Source: Antechinus flavipes
Taxonomy: Eukaryota
Reading direction: 5' to 3'
Length of the DNA: 64,000 nt
Assembly (NCBI RefSeq): GCF_016432865.1
Contig: NC_067400.1
Coordinates: 334,552,001 to 334,616,000, forward strand
Shown: in pieces, positions 38,091 to 52,239 of the stretch
Layout of the letters: the number at the start of each line of letters is the position of its first letter
Position numbering within the stretch: the first letter of the stretch is position 1
The notes under the pieces: model-generated
Seen by the model: only the letters and a program-made list of their open reading frames with translations
What the model was told of the DNA's origin: nothing
Databases searched by the model: none
Position numbers and translations under genes: made by a program

Positions 38091-38846
38091 GGCCTGATAA
38101 GGGTATGATACTCTATGTGGAAGGAAAGGGAAAGAAAAAAGAAAAACAAAACAAAACACCTCCGTTGCCCAACTGGCCAGTTTGAGTTGCCAGTGGGCAG
38201 CTCCTACAACTTCTTCTTCAAAGAGAACCAAACAGGAAAATGGTGAATTTAGAAGTGGCAAGCTTAACCTGAGGGGTATCTTGTTCTCTAGAGTTGAAGT
38301 CAGGCAGAGATCTAAGCAAATGTATATTAAGAACCATGTACAAAACATGGTGCTAGGTACCATACATTTCAAAAATAAAAGCCATCTTTGCCCTCAAAAT
38401 GTTTACATTCCTTTAGGGGCTTATAACATGTACATAGATTAAATATAGCACAGGATAATTTGAGGAACCAGAGAGCACTGAGATTGGTGGGGATGGTGAA
38501 TCAGGGAAGGTTTTACAGAGGAGGTAGCAACTGAGTTGAATCTTGGAGGAAGATATTTCTGACAGATGGATGTGAGGAGGAAATACATTCCAGTTTAGGG
38601 GGACACTGTAGGAATACAGGAAGATAGGAGATGGAATATTGAGTTCTGGGAGCAGTTCCTAGTTTAATTTGGTTGGGAAACAATTTGTCTGGAAAGGTAA
38701 ATTGAAGGCAGATCATAAAGGACTTTAAAAGCCAAATTAAGCAATCTGTATTTTGTCTTGAAGGTGATAGAAAGCTCTTGAGCAGGGAAGTGACAGACAA
38801 AACTATTTCTTTTTTAATGTTTGAGAAATAATTGATAGCAGTTGTT

Positions 38847-39617
38847 ATTTATTTATTTATTAAAGCTTTATATTTTCAAAACATATGGATAAATGATTTT
38901 TCAACATTGACCCTTGCATAGCCTCGTGTTCCAAATTTTTCCCTCCTTCCCCCCATCCCCTCCCCTAGATGGCAAGCAATCCAATATATGTTATACATGT
39001 TAAAAATATATGTTAAATTTAATGTATATAAACATATTTATACAATTATCTTGCTGCATAAGAAAAATCATATCAAAAAGGAAAGAAAATGAATAAGAAA
39101 ACAAAAAGTAAGTGAACAACAACAAAAAGAGTGAAAATATTGTGTTGTGATCCACGCTCAGTTCCCATAATTCTCTGTATGGATGTAGATGACTCTCTTC
39201 ATCACAAGACCACTGGAACTTGCCTCAATCATCTCATTATTGGAAAGAGTCATATACATCAGAATTGATCATCATATAATATTGTTGCCGTATACAATGA
39301 TCTCCTGGTTCTGTTCATTTCCCTTTGCATCAGTTCATATAAGTCTCTCCAGGCCTCTCTAAAATCATCCTGCTGATAATTTCTTACAGAACAATAATAT
39401 TCCGTAACATTCATATACTATATGAATATACTATATATTCTATATATATATATAGTATATATATGTGGTATATATATACTATAACTAATTCAACTATTCT
39501 CCAACTGATGGGCATCCACTCAGTTTCCAGTTTCTTGCCACTACAAAAAGGGCTGCCACAAACATTTTTGGACATGTGGATCCTTTTCCCTCCTTTAAGA
39601 TCTCTTTGGGATATAGG
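38847..39617 (-). mobile_element. L1 3' end
   Basis: TTTA tail and L1 3'UTR; TSD-like ag(c/t)agttgtt at 38837-38846 and 39618-39627; internal (TA)n expansion. Confidence 0.85.
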
Positions 39618-39989
39618 AGTAGTTGTTTTTTACATCACCTTCATTTCCGAATATATTTTTCACTAGTCTCCAATCTAGGGAGCCACCCCTTGAGACAGAT
39701 TTTTTTTTTTTTTTAAGAAAAAAAAAACGCTCTGTGACACTAATGAACACATATACTAGCTGATAAAAGATCCAATATTCCATATCCTTGGTTCCCTTCT
39801 TCTGCAAAGAAAAGATAGAGGTACATTTTAAAACTTGTTTCCTGGGACCAAGAATTATAATGTACATTGTAATGTATATTATAATAGTACAGTGTTCTTT
39901 TCTTTTCCTTTTTTTGTTGTTCTTTCCATTAATATTAATGAAGTCACTATATTTTGTTTTTCTAGTTTTGATTTCTTCACTGCCTTAGT

Positions 39990-40490
39990 TCCTAAAGTCT
40001 TCCTATGCTTCTCAGATTTCTTTGTGTATTACATTCATGGAGTTTGTTTAGCTATTCCTTAATTGATGGACATTTATTTTGTTTCTGTTTCTTTGCTATC
40101 ATGAAGAATTCTGATATTCTCATATTGTAGTGTTATTTTTGAATTTGACCTTTTGGGGACATTTGCCTATTAGTGGGATATCTGAGTCAAAAGATATTGA
40201 TATTTCACTGTCACTTGTTTAGCACAATTCCAAATTGTTGTTCAGAACAACTGGAGCAATCCATAGCTCAATCAACAGCATATTAATATGTCGATCTTTC
40301 TGATGTCCCTATTTCCATTTGTACTATTTCCATTTTTTGACACGTTTACCAATTTGTGGGGAGAGGTAAAACTTCATTTATTTTCATGTGTATTTCTTTT
40401 ATTATGATTTGATACAATTTTTAATGTTAATTGTTTACAATTCTTCTGTGAATTATTTGTTCATATCCTTTGACCATTTTATTTATTGAG
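39990..40490 (-). mobile_element. Old L1 ORF2 C-terminal fragment
   Basis: ttgttcatatcctttgaccatt and related reverse-strand L1 motifs. Confidence 0.6.
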
Positions 40491-40904
40491 GCTAATATAG
40501 GCCTGGTTAATAAGAAGGTTATTAGTGGAAGGAAGATGCAGCTAGGTGGAGGATATTTTGGAGAAATATAAGAATAGAAACAAGGAAACTATTAAGTAAG
40601 TTATCATAGTGATTGAGGTTAAGGGTTATGAGTGTTTGTGCCTGTATAGTAGCATTGCGAACAGAGAGAAGAAAATAAAATGTGAGAGATGTAGATTTCA
40701 TTATGACATCCAGTTTAGGAATCTGAGTGCTCAACCAAAATAGGAAAGTTTAGAGGAGGTAAGAAGTTAAAGGATGTGGGGATGATGAGAAAGTCTGGAG
40801 ACCAGTCGAATTAAAAAAGGATTTTTGAATACCTAGTCTTTACCCAGTCTTATTCCCATAGCCCAGGCAGGATCAGTGTTACCTATCTGTTATCTTGTCA
40901 CAGA

Positions 40905-41135
40905 AAGAGTCATATTATTGTTGTTTAGTCATTTTCAGTTAACTCTTAATGACTTCATTTTGATTTTTCTTGGCAAAGATACTAGAATGGTTTGCCATTT
41001 TCTTCTCCAGCTCATTTTACAGAGCAGTGTTAAATGACTTGTCCAGAGTCATACAGCTAATAAGTATCTGAGACCAAATTTGAACCCAGATCTTTGTGAC
41101 TCCCGGCCTGGCATTGTATCTACTAAACTACCTCA
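40905..41135 (-). mobile_element. MAR1-type CORE-SINE
   Basis: ttcttggcaaagatactagaatggtttgccatttt tail plus CORE on the reverse strand. Confidence 0.75.
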
Positions 41136-41241
41136 CTCCCCTAGGAGAACTATACCACATTTTTACTGTTGCCATGATATATGTGATTTCCAGGAGAAAC
41201 TGTCTCCATATATATCAGCACAGTATCATGCTGAACATTAG

Positions 41242-41433
41242 CAGGGGTCCTCAAACTTTTTAAATAGGGGGCCAGTTCACTGTCCCTCAGACTGTTGTAG
41301 GGCCGGACTATAGTAAAAACAAAAACTTTGTTTTGTGGGTCTTTAAATAAAGAAGCTTCATAGCCCTGAGTGAGGGGGATAAACGTCCTCAGCTGCTGCA
41401 TCTGGCCTGCTGGCTGTAGTTTGAGGACCCCTG
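41242..41433. mobile_element. 192-bp hAT MITE, OC1 (OposCharlie1)-like
   Basis: Perfect 16-bp TIRs caggggtcctcaaact (41242-41257) and agtttgaggacccctg (41418-41433); Charlie-type subterminal sequence. No clean 8-bp TSD. Confidence 0.88.
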
Positions 41434-41653
41434 ATTTAGGGTATATAAGTGATGTGATTTTGGCATCTTTAAGTGACTTGGACTAATGGTAATTGCTAGG
41501 TCTTGGTATGGTTTTTCTGTTTTATAACCTCTTTTCTGGAATTTCTCTTTCCTTTATCCTTTTCTAGTTTCCCATTTTCAAGTTCAGTGAGTTCAAGGCA
41601 GATTCTCCCAAAATCATAGTACTCTATTACTATTATATCACTTAATTCTATAC

Positions 41654-41838
41654 TAAGCCTTCTTAAATTTTTTCCACTTTCTACCCCTTTTTACCTGAGA
41701 AATTTTTTACATGACACTGGGTACATGGATATATAAAATATAAATCAATCATTTACTGATAATAAACCCTAATTTTGCCACCTCCCACATTTAAGATGCG
41801 ATACCCCATGTTCGCAACCCACAGTTTAAGAAACTGGG
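41654..41838. mobile_element. Second, older hAT-type MITE
   Basis: Degenerate TIRs (…ttcttaaa / tttaagaa…); 8-bp TSD-like ttctatac / ctctatgc. Confidence 0.55.
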
Positions 41839-41879
41839 CTCTATGCTATTTCAGTTAGTGGTCTGACTGACTTCCATAA

Positions 41880-42940
41880 ATTTAATTATCAACTATGCTG
41901 ATGATCTCAAATTCACTTATCTTGTCTTAAGCTCTGCTGAATTTCAGTTTCACATCTCCAACTGCCTTTTACACATCTTGAACTGGATGTTCAGTAAACA
42001 TCTTAAACCCATTATGTCCAAAACTAAACTCATGATCTTTCCCTCTAAATCTTCTCCCTCTCCTAATTTCCCTATTATTGTTGAGGGCACCACTATTTTT
42101 CAGTCCCTTCCAGGCCACAAACTAGGTGTCATCTTCAACTCCTCATTATTTCTCACTTCCCATTTGTTCCTACCGTGTTACCAAGACCAAGACTTGTTGA
42201 CTTCACCTTTGCAGCACTGCTTAAATATTCCCCCTTCTCATCTCTGATACTGCCATCACCTCGGTGCAGTACTTATTAGCTCATACTGGAATTATTGCAG
42301 TGGTTTGCTGGTGGATCTCTTTGTTTTAAGTCTCCCTATTCCCAATTCAGTCTCTTTTCAGATGTCAAAATGATGTTCTTAAAGTTCATGTAACCATGTT
42401 ACTCTCCTACTCATTAAACTCCTACTCATAACTCCTTATCACTTCTAGGATCAAATACAAAATTCTGTTTGGCATTCAATCTTTCATAAAATAGTCCTCT
42501 CCTACCTTTCCAGTCTTTTTATATTTTACTTTCCAACACATACTTTTTGAAACAGTGACACTAGTCTCCTAGTTGTTCTGTGAACAAGACACTCCCATAT
42601 TTTGGCTCTATGCATTTTCTCTGGCTTTCACCCATGCCGGGAATTATTTCCCTCCTCATCTCTATTTACTGGCTTCTTTTGAGCACCAACTAAAATCGTA
42701 TCCTATAGGAAGCCTTTCCTATCCCTGCTTAATTTTGAATGCCATTTCTCTTTTAATTATTTATTATTCATCCTGTATTTAAATTTGTACATATTTCTTT
42801 GCCTTTTGTCTTCTCCATTAAAATTGTGAATTCCTTGAGGGCAGGGAGTGCTTTTTACCTCTTTTTAAAAAAATTCCCACTGCTTAGCACAGTGCCTGGA
42901 CACCTAATAGGTATTTTATAAATATTTATGGATTGATTGA
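41880..42940 (+). mobile_element. L2 LINE 3' portion
   Basis: RT motif YADD (tat gct gat gat, 41894-41905) through the L2 tail (ccttgagggcaggga…gcacagtgcctgg…gattgattgaa). Confidence 0.85.
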
Positions 42941-45654
42941 ATTTTAGCCTTAATAATAGCTTATTGCTTAAAACTTTACTAAGACTTTTGTTATGGTTTG
43001 TTATTTTACATTGTATTACTTTAAAGTCATCTGCATAGTATGTTGAGCTTTGGAATGATAAATTAGTGCTTTATAAATCTGATAAGCAAAGGTTGCTTAT
43101 TGCAAATGATAATTTGATGATGATAATTATAATTGGCTATAGGATACGTTATCAATAATAATGATTTTTTTCCATGCATACTCAGCCTAATGTTGATAGG
43201 AATGGAAAAGAGTCAGTGATTAGAATTAAGATTTAGAATCTTGCTTCTGTTTATACTTTTATTAACACTAATGTCTTAAGTAAAAGGTTCTGCCTTCATG
43301 AATGGTTTTCACAGATTGGTTTCTTTCTATTAAATGGAGGAAGTGAATGCAGCCACTTTTCATTTACTGAATTTGGAGTTGATATGCCTTGCTGAATCTT
43401 AGAATCAGTGTAGTCAGAACAGGAAGAAACCCTAGAGATAATTTAGTCTAATCTTAATCATTTAAATTAATCAAAGGCAGAGTGGTGGAATGATTCCAGA
43501 GCTGGCCTTGGAGCCAAGATTATCCTCTGACATATACTGATTTTGTGACCTTGGGCAAATTTTTGTTTGTTTGTTTTTAAGATACTCTTTAAGACTATAA
43601 ATACAGAAAAGGTACTGTTCTGCATTAATTGAAGGAGTTTCCTTATCAGAAATTCCTTATGCCAATAAAATTAGGGATCTAGTCCTTATTCCTTATTGTT
43701 TTTCAATAAGGATTAGACACATATTTTATAGGTATAGGAAATAAATTTAAGAGAAGTTAAAAGCTGATTGTTGGTAGTCCTATCTTTGTTGTTGCTGGAC
43801 AATTCTTTTAGTTCTGACTATGACACTGTTTGGAGTTTTCTCGATAGAGATACTGGAGTGGTTTGCCCTTCTCTAGCTTATTTTACAGATGAGGAAACTG
43901 AGGCAAACAGGGTTAGTAACAATACAAGATCACAGAATATACATAGAATTAGAGTTGAGATTTTAAAGATATGATCTACTCTCCTCATTTCACAAAGGAG
44001 GAAACAGGCACAGGAGAAAGAAAAGATGCACTTTTTAATTGTGATCAGAGAAAAATATAAGTAAACACATAGGAAGAGATATAGAAAAATATAGGTGACA
44101 GAGGCAGTAAGTGTCTGAAGCCACATTTGAACTTATGATGAGTCTTCCTGACTTCAGGCTCAACACTATCCACTTTTGTCTCCTTACAAATAAGGAAATA
44201 GACCTAGAGATAGAACAAGTCATAATGGAAAGAATGCTGGTCCCAACTAAAGGCAGAGAATGTGGCTTGGAATTTGGGTTCTTTCCCTTTCATGACCTGA
44301 ATGATTTAGGCATCAGTTAATCTCTCTGGACCTTGGTTTCTATATTTATAAAGTGAGATAGTTGGACTGAGTGAACTTGAAGGTCCCTTCCAGTTTTAAA
44401 CAGATGATTTAATTGATTTGCCCAAAGTCACTTCATTGTAAGTCACAGAAGTAGGGATTCCATCTGATGTTTTCAGCTTCCTAATCTGGTCACCTTATTT
44501 TCCATTATTTTGTATTATACTGTCTTCTAGGTATGAAGGTTTATAATGTAAATGATTTATTTTGCATTTATATTGGCCACTGACTTTCAAAATTCTTTGA
44601 AACGGCATCTTAGTTGGAATGTGAGCTTTGTCTATTATTTCATGGATAGCTTCTTTCTTTCTCTGAATAGTGTCTAGATTGTAACTGAAACCAGTTTTTT
44701 TCATTTTTGGGCAGCAAGAAACACTTCAATCTCTGCCACTAGGTGGAACCATAAATCTCTATTTTTTTCCTAGGCCCTTGTTAATATTGTGGAGGTTAAG
44801 ATGGAGCCCCATGAGGCCAATCATATTTTGACTCTATTTGTTGATGGCTACTCTCACTCCCAGCCAGTCTTTCTGTTCTTTTTTCTCCCTCTTCTATTAA
44901 AATCCACTCCCAATGAAGGAGCTGAAAAGCCTATAGTTCAATAGGCTCATCAAATTTAATGGGTTATTTCTCTACAAGAGGGAATTTGCATTTGGGCTAG
45001 TGACAAAGTCTTAAGTCACTGAAGTTAATGATGGAAATTCAGTTGTCAATAGGTCAGGTGGAGGGAGGAGAAGTATTTGGATGGACAAGGCAGGGGTTGT
45101 TCTTGGTGTCCCTGGAATCATACTACATAGGGCAGCCACTTGTTCCATTCATGCATGAAGTTCTGAATCTAAGTAATAAGCCAGAGGTAGAATTTCATAG
45201 ATCTGGGCATCTCTGGCACAGATGCATTTGTCAGGGTTGCTTTGAAATTCCCAAAGAAAGGGAGCTAATTTGAAAGGGATTCAGTTTTCTCATCTGTTGA
45301 GTGAGGGGTTTTGAATAGACAATTTTTAAGGTCTCTTCCTGCTCTAAATTTATAATCCAATGAAGATTTTTGAAAATAAATTTTTTTTGGGGGAAAGTCT
45401 CTCATTTTCAATATCTATTGTATTTCCTGAAAAAATGAAGAAAAAATGGAATTTTTTTCCATCTTTATTTCTCTAACTAAGGGATACAAGAATATTAATA
45501 GAATTAGAGTTGAGATTTTAAAGATCAATAAGCATTTAGTAAGTGCCAGGCTTAACGTACTATGTGCTGGGGGTACAAAGACAAAACCAAAACACTCCCT
45601 ACCCACAAGGACCTGTGTTCTAGTAGGTGCATGTGTACGAAGGGGAAGGAGATG

Positions 45655-45895
45655 TGGTTCTTCAGTTGTTTTAGTTTTGTCTGATTTTTCTGACTTCTTT
45701 TGGTGTTTTCTTGACAAAGATACTTGACTAGTTTGCTATTCCCTTCTCCATCTCATTTTATAGATGAGAAAACTGAGGCAAACAGGGGTAAGTGACTTGT
45801 CCAGGGTAATACAGTTAGTGTCTGAGGCCAAATTTGAACTCAGCTTTTCCTGATTCTAGACCTGACACTATCCACTGTGCCACCTAGCTGCCTTG
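45655..45895 (-). mobile_element. MAR1-type CORE-SINE
   Basis: Reverse head tatccactgtgccacctagctgcc, CORE and RTE-like tail. Confidence 0.8.
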
Positions 45896-48425
45896 TTGAA
45901 GATATGACATGCATCCAAATAAACAAATATGAAAAAGATTCAAAATAATTTTGAAAAGGGAATTAATATTTGGGATTAGGAAAAGTTTCCTATAGGAAGT
46001 GAACCTTGAAAAGAACTAGGGATTTCAAGAGTCAGAGGTGAGGAAAGAGAGCATTACAAGCATGAGGCACAGCCTGGACAAAACATGGAGACAGGACTTC
46101 CTAGGATTGATTTTAATCCTATGGGATTAATGGGAATGAAAGCATAATTAGCAGAGTATGTTCAATAAATAGCAAGGATATTTTTAATTGGAGTGAAAAG
46201 TTTGTATTATAGCACAAAAGGAAATAAAAATTTTAAAATAGGGTAAGTCAAATTTAGAGAGGACCTTAAAAGCTAGACAGAAATGTTATGCAGTAGGAAA
46301 TAGGGTGCTATTGGAAGGGTTTCTTAGTGGGAAATTTTCTGATTTTTAAAATCCCTAGATAGAGATATGACTCTAGATAAAAGTTGGGAAAATGTTATTG
46401 AAAGAATGAAGAAAGAGGGAAATTTCCAATTTTTGAGAGAAAAAACAATTTAAAATTTCCCCCGTTTATTGTGTGTATATATGTACATATATGTGTATAG
46501 TGCATAGTGTGTTTGAAGGACAGTGGTTAGAAATAGGATGAGGTCCTTTGGATTTTCTGCATTTCTTTTAATGGAGAGCCCACAAAATGAACTCCAATAT
46601 CCAAAGTTATCCTTTTCCTGAGTTTTTCCCACTTCTTTAAAGACATAAGTTCCTTGCAGGAAGCTCCAGAAACCACACAAAAAATTTTTTTTGTTCTTTT
46701 TTTTGTAATTTTTATTCTAAAAAAGAACTCTTTTCACATCTCCCAAGTAAGTGAAAGTGTGAATCTAAACAACTGCCACGAGTAAGAAAGGTGAACTCAG
46801 GTTTTTGTTTTTTGGTGCTTTTTGTTGTTGTTTTTTTTTTTTTTTACAAATAATCTGTTATAAGCTGAAGGACAGGATGAATTAATCAGCTATTTTTCCT
46901 AATTCTTTTATTTGTGAATGTTGCTAACCTTAAGGAAGGAAGTGAATACAGACTTTTGGATTTCAGAAACTTACCTCTTTCTTGGGTCATATTCATATTA
47001 GTAACACCTCACAGTGACAGAAGATATTTCCTCTGACCAACCTTTTGTACATGCTTATGTAGGTATATGCCTCTTCCAATTGAACATTAACTTCTTGAGG
47101 GCAGGTATTGCTTTGTTTTTGTCTTTTTATGCATAATGCCTGACAAATATCAGGAAATCGATAAGTGCTTGTTGATTAATTGACTCATAGTCTTTCATCT
47201 CAGTTTTGGCTTTCTCTATGCAAACTTAAGTGTGGAGATGTGGAAGAGTGATCAAGAGATGAATTTATCCAAACAGAATCTGCTCTAAGCCCTTGTCTTA
47301 TTGGAAATGCTTCTTCCTCCATATATATATATTCTATTATGTGAACTATGAGATATATATATCTCATAGTTCACATAATAGAATCACTTCCCATAGAGCA
47401 TGTTGAACTATATAGAGCATTTTATTATTGGAACAGGAATAACAAAAACAACAACAAATATTTTAAAAAAAACCATCACATGACAAAAATTACCACATTT
47501 CCTCAGCTTCTCTTAGTCTTAGCCAACCCTCAAATGATGTATAGGACATTCTGAACCAGTTGGTTCTAGGAAAGGAACTCCCTTGCATATATATGTTGTT
47601 GTCAGCTTAAACTGTCTGGAGAGAACAAGCAGATTATTAAATCTTCAGTGTGAGCATTTGCCCCTCAGAGATCATCAGCAAATGCTATAACTCAGAAGTT
47701 GACTTATTGTTTTATTGATTGCATAGACTTAAAATGATGGAGGAAATACTAATAATGCCGATTAAATTTAATAGTTTGTTCTGACACATGTGGTTCTCTT
47801 CCCCTACCCCCATGAGTTGGTTGTTAAAGATTTACCAGCAGCAATCAGGCAAAGGAATGTTGACAATACAAAACAGTTCCCATATAATGGTCTTACACCA
47901 TCTACTAGGGCTGGTCTTTGATCAAGAGTCAAGAACTTTGAACAATTCCCTCCTCCTCAAAGCATGGGGCATGCTTAGGATCTGATACAGACTGACATAC
48001 CTTTCCTGTTCAGTGTTCTGTTGTCGGGGCCTTCTTTGATTCATCACTTTTGGAGCAGAATGAATGAAGCCAGTGGCAGACCCAAGCAAGAGCCAACTTA
48101 CTCTTTGCATTCTGTCCTAACTTTTTTCACTTTGTTCCATTTCCAATGTCACATCTCTTTTCATTTTCTCCAAATACAAGGGTTTTCTAGGGAGTCTCTT
48201 TCTGTTGCTTCTACCATCATTTCTACTTTTCATTCCTCTTTCATTTCCTCACCAGGCAACTGAAGATACTGCTGCTCTGTGAAGGAGGAGAGAGGTCAGA
48301 TTGAATGAAAACTATGTGACCTATCCTGTAAAATCCCACTTATGCCTTCCCTTTTTCTCATTAAGCCTTCCCTCCAACCCTTACTTTCTTCCTTTTCTGA
48401 ATTCCTATGTTCTCTGAATTTATTA

Positions 48426-48521
48426 TCTTTATGCTTAAGATTTGGTACATATATTATTTGTATTGAGAATCTTGTCTTTATGCTTAAGACTTGGCACATA
48501 TTATTTGTATTGAGAATCTTG
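48426..48521. repeat. Tandem duplication, 49+47 bp
   Basis: tctttatgcttaaga(t/c)ttgg(t/c)acat(at)attatttgtattgagaatcttg, two copies. Confidence 0.9.
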
Positions 48522-50884
48522 TCTCTTCAACTAGATCATGAGTTCCTGTTAAGCTGAAATTGTATTTTGTTCTTTTTGAAATTCTTCAGCAACTTTTTCA
48601 GTGATGGGCACCAATTATGTGCTCATTGAATGCTTTTTGAATAGAATTTGAATGTGCTGATTTAATTTTCATCCAGATTTTGAATGTTAGAGTAGATACA
48701 GCCTCAGAATGTGACCTTTTCAAAAGTGGTTATGTTCAAATCTTCTACAATATGGGGGTGTGTTTACACAATTGGGATTTTATTGTTTCCTCTTTATCTA
48801 GACAAGGACATGGACTACTTATATTCAAAGTCTGCCAAAAGGAAGTGCTACTGGCTCAATACATATTCGTTGTCCACTTGCTTGAATAGTTGATATAGAA
48901 AGAGAAAGTCCTTTTTAATAGTAGATTACATTAGCATTCCTGGACACTCATTAAGCATTTACAGTTTCCTGGAATAGTGTAAGATAGTTTCCCTTTGGGT
49001 CCTATCACTAGTAGATAGCAGATAGTAGAAATTTACTTCCTGTGTTTATATATGCAACAATAAATTTTTGATGAATTATGCTGGAAATTCTTTGTTAGTT
49101 TATAACTGATAGGTAGGAACCCTCTTTTGTTTATTGTTTTAAAGCAAGCAAAAACTTAAGTAGGTGTTTTTAAGACTATTTTTAACAACTCCCAGAGGGC
49201 AAATAATTCCAGAGCTATGTGAGAGAGAATGCTTCCTTTGGAAAACCCCTTCGTTAATGAGACCTTCCAGGAAGACCACAGCATGGCTACAAAATGTGAA
49301 AACAGCTGGTTGATCCAGCCAGTTGAGGAAAATAATCAAGTCAAATCAGGCTAAAATTTCATCTAACTAAGTGGATGGGTAGCATTAAAACAGCAGGGTA
49401 CCATGAGAGGAATAAAAGCACTGGATTTGGAATGAGAAGTTGTGGGTTTTAATTCGGGCTGTACCACTACTTACTTGTTTTGTGATCTTAATTCAGTTAG
49501 CTTCCCTGCGATTTGGTTTTATTTATCTGTAAGATGAGGATAATAACTGTCATATCTAATTTAACTGTTAAAGCCGTTAAAGCAGTAACTGTTAATGATA
49601 ATTTGACAATGTTCAGGACTGATTTGGCAGTGAAGGGAGTTAATATAATTTTAGACTGTATTAAGAGAAGTCCAAGATCCAGTGATAAGGAAATAAGAGT
49701 TTCTCTGTTTTCTGAGCTGGTCAGGTCACAATGGAATATTGTAGTGTTGTGGGTGCCACAGATTAATAATTTACGGAGCATCTTCTGGAGGATGATGGCA
49801 AATGGCATGGTTAAGCTCATGCTGTGTAGCTCTAATAGGAAAGGTAATGTTTTGTTTGGAGAAGACTGATGGAACATGATACTTGTTTTCAAGCATTTGC
49901 AGGACTTTCATATGGGGAACAAAGATTAAGGTATGATAGATTCATAGATTTAGAGCTGAAAAGCATTTTGGGAGCTATCAAGTCCAACACTTTAATTTTT
50001 GAATTGAGCAAACTAAGGCAAACTAAGGCATTGAGTAATTTGCTCAAGATCACATAGCTAGTGACTAAGGCAGGATTTGAATCCAGTTCTTCTTGTCTCT
50101 AAGTCTAGTCCTAGTAAAAAAGGTATCCACAGAAGTCAGATCAAGGAGCAAAGAGTAGGAATTTTAAAGGTTAAATCTAGGCTTGTGCTCTATTTTGGCC
50201 TCATGGCTTAGGTTAGAGACAAGTCCCAGATTTGAGGATTTGCAGAAAATTGGTATGTGGAAAGCTAATGCAAGTTTGACCTTTCTTACTATTCAGTATC
50301 AAGCAGAAGTATATCCACAACACAAACACACATATACTATGTAGTAACATCAACAGACAGTGATCTAAGTAGGGGCAAGTTCCCTAACATGAGGAAAACG
50401 TGTACAGTGGCAAGATCTGAATGAGAATTGATATTAGGATTGGAATCTTTTTGGGGGGGGAGTCAAACCTTAAAGATAGACTTCTTTGGGATAGACAATC
50501 AACACTCCATGTGGGAAGGGCCATTCTTAATTGGATCCAGATGTGGTAAGGAATTTCTCCAGGGCTGCTTATCGATACCAGACTCAAGTGAAAAGCTTCC
50601 TAAATGGGACCAGAAATTGGATGAAGGTTTGAGTTGGCACAACATTAACTGGGTGTCAATGTACAGCTATTGTCGTTAGTTGGGAACTTTGTCTTTCAGG
50701 ACTTTCAGAATGAGTTTGAGTAGTGGAAATTTATAGGCTTTGCATTATTTCTTATATGTTTGTGGTCATTAGGACTAGTTAGCCTAAGTGATTCCATATT
50801 GGATCCTATCACTTATAAATTCAACATCAAATAACATATTTTAAAAATCACAGATATTCTCCCTGATTATAGAAAAATTCTTCA

Positions 50885-51062
50885 AATTCTTCCCCACGGT
50901 AAGAGCTATCCAAAAATGGAAGAGGTTGCTTTGGGGAGGCTCTTTCTCACTGCTTGACCACTTGTTGAGTAAATTATCAGAGGCATTCTTTTTCTGGTAT
51001 GTTTTGGAATGGATGGCTATTGGGATCTCTTCAAATTTTGAAAATCTGTGATTCTGTGATTA
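50885..51062 (+). mobile_element. L3/CR1 3' end
   Basis: Ends in ctgtgattctgtgatt, a CR1-type terminal repeat. Confidence 0.65.
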
Positions 51063-51364
51063 GTTGGAGAGAGGAGAGATTATATAAATAGGGCTGCCTA
51101 AATATGGCTAAGCAGAAATATTTAGGTATAAGATGACAAAATTACAGTCATATAATAGAGTTATAGAGTGTTAGATTTGGAAAAGACCTTTGAGATTATC
51201 TAGCCCGACTCCCTTATTTTACAAATCAGGAAACTGAAGCCCAGAGTGAGACCATTGAGTCTGAATGCAGAGGAGGAACAAATAGAGGCCAATTTTTCTC
51301 TGTCTACCCTCTTTATTTCTTGTTGATTTCATCAGTCAAAAGATTTAAGTATCTTTTTTATAGT

Positions 51365-52235
51365 TTCTTTTTTTAAGTTGTAGTGAGCTCATTTATTTTT
51401 AATACATGTTGCTCTATGAATCATGTTGGGAGAGAAAAATCAGAGCAAAAGGGAGAGATTAAAAAAAAAAAAACAACAGAAAAAAAGTGAACAAAGCATG
51501 TGCTGATTTACATTTAGTCTCCTTAGGTCTTTTTCAGGATGCATTTGGCATTTTCTGTCTAAAGTCTAATGGGATTTCTTTGGATCACTGAACCACTGAG
51601 AAGAACTGAGTCTTTCATAGTTGCTCATCACACATTCTTGCTCTTATTGTGTACAATGTATTCCTGGTTCTCCTTGTTTTGCTAAGCGTCAGTTCTTGGG
51701 AATCTTTCCAGGTCTTTCTATAATCAACTTGTTCATCATTTCTTATAGAACAATACTATTCCTTTTATCTTCATATACCACAACTAATTCAGTCATTCCC
51801 AAATTGATGGGCATCTGCTTCTTTTCCAATTCTTTTCTACCAGCTACAAAGAGCAGCTACAAACATTTTTGCACATGTGGATCCTTTCCCCTCCTTTATG
51901 ACCTCTTTGGGATATAGACCCAGTAGTGGCACTGCTGGGTCAAAGGGTATGCATAGTTTAATAGCCCTTTGGGCACAGTCCCAAATTGCTCTCCAGAATG
52001 GCTGGATCCTTTCACAATTCCTCCCAACAATCCCTCCAACATTCCTCATTTCTTTTCCTGTCATCTTAGCCAATCTGAGAGATGTGAGGTAGTACCTCAG
52101 AGTTGTTTTAATGTATATTTCTCTAATCAATAAGCGATTTAGAGCGTTTTCTCATATAATTATAAATGGCTTCAATTTTATCATATGAAAATTGTTCATA
52201 TCCTTTCACTATAAATTGGGGATTGACTTGTACAA
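51365..52235 (-). mobile_element. L1 ORF2 C-terminus and 3'UTR remnant
   Basis: Minus ORF 51837-52130 reads KTTLRYYLTSLRLAKM…IPFDPAVPLLGLYPKE (L1 ORF2p cysteine-rich end region). Confidence 0.9.
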
Positions 52236-52239
52236 AAGA

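Noticed and set aside
49497-49892. Overlapping 131-aa and 118-aa ORFs
   Set aside because: Built from MIR- and L2-like remnants; no protein family resemblance.
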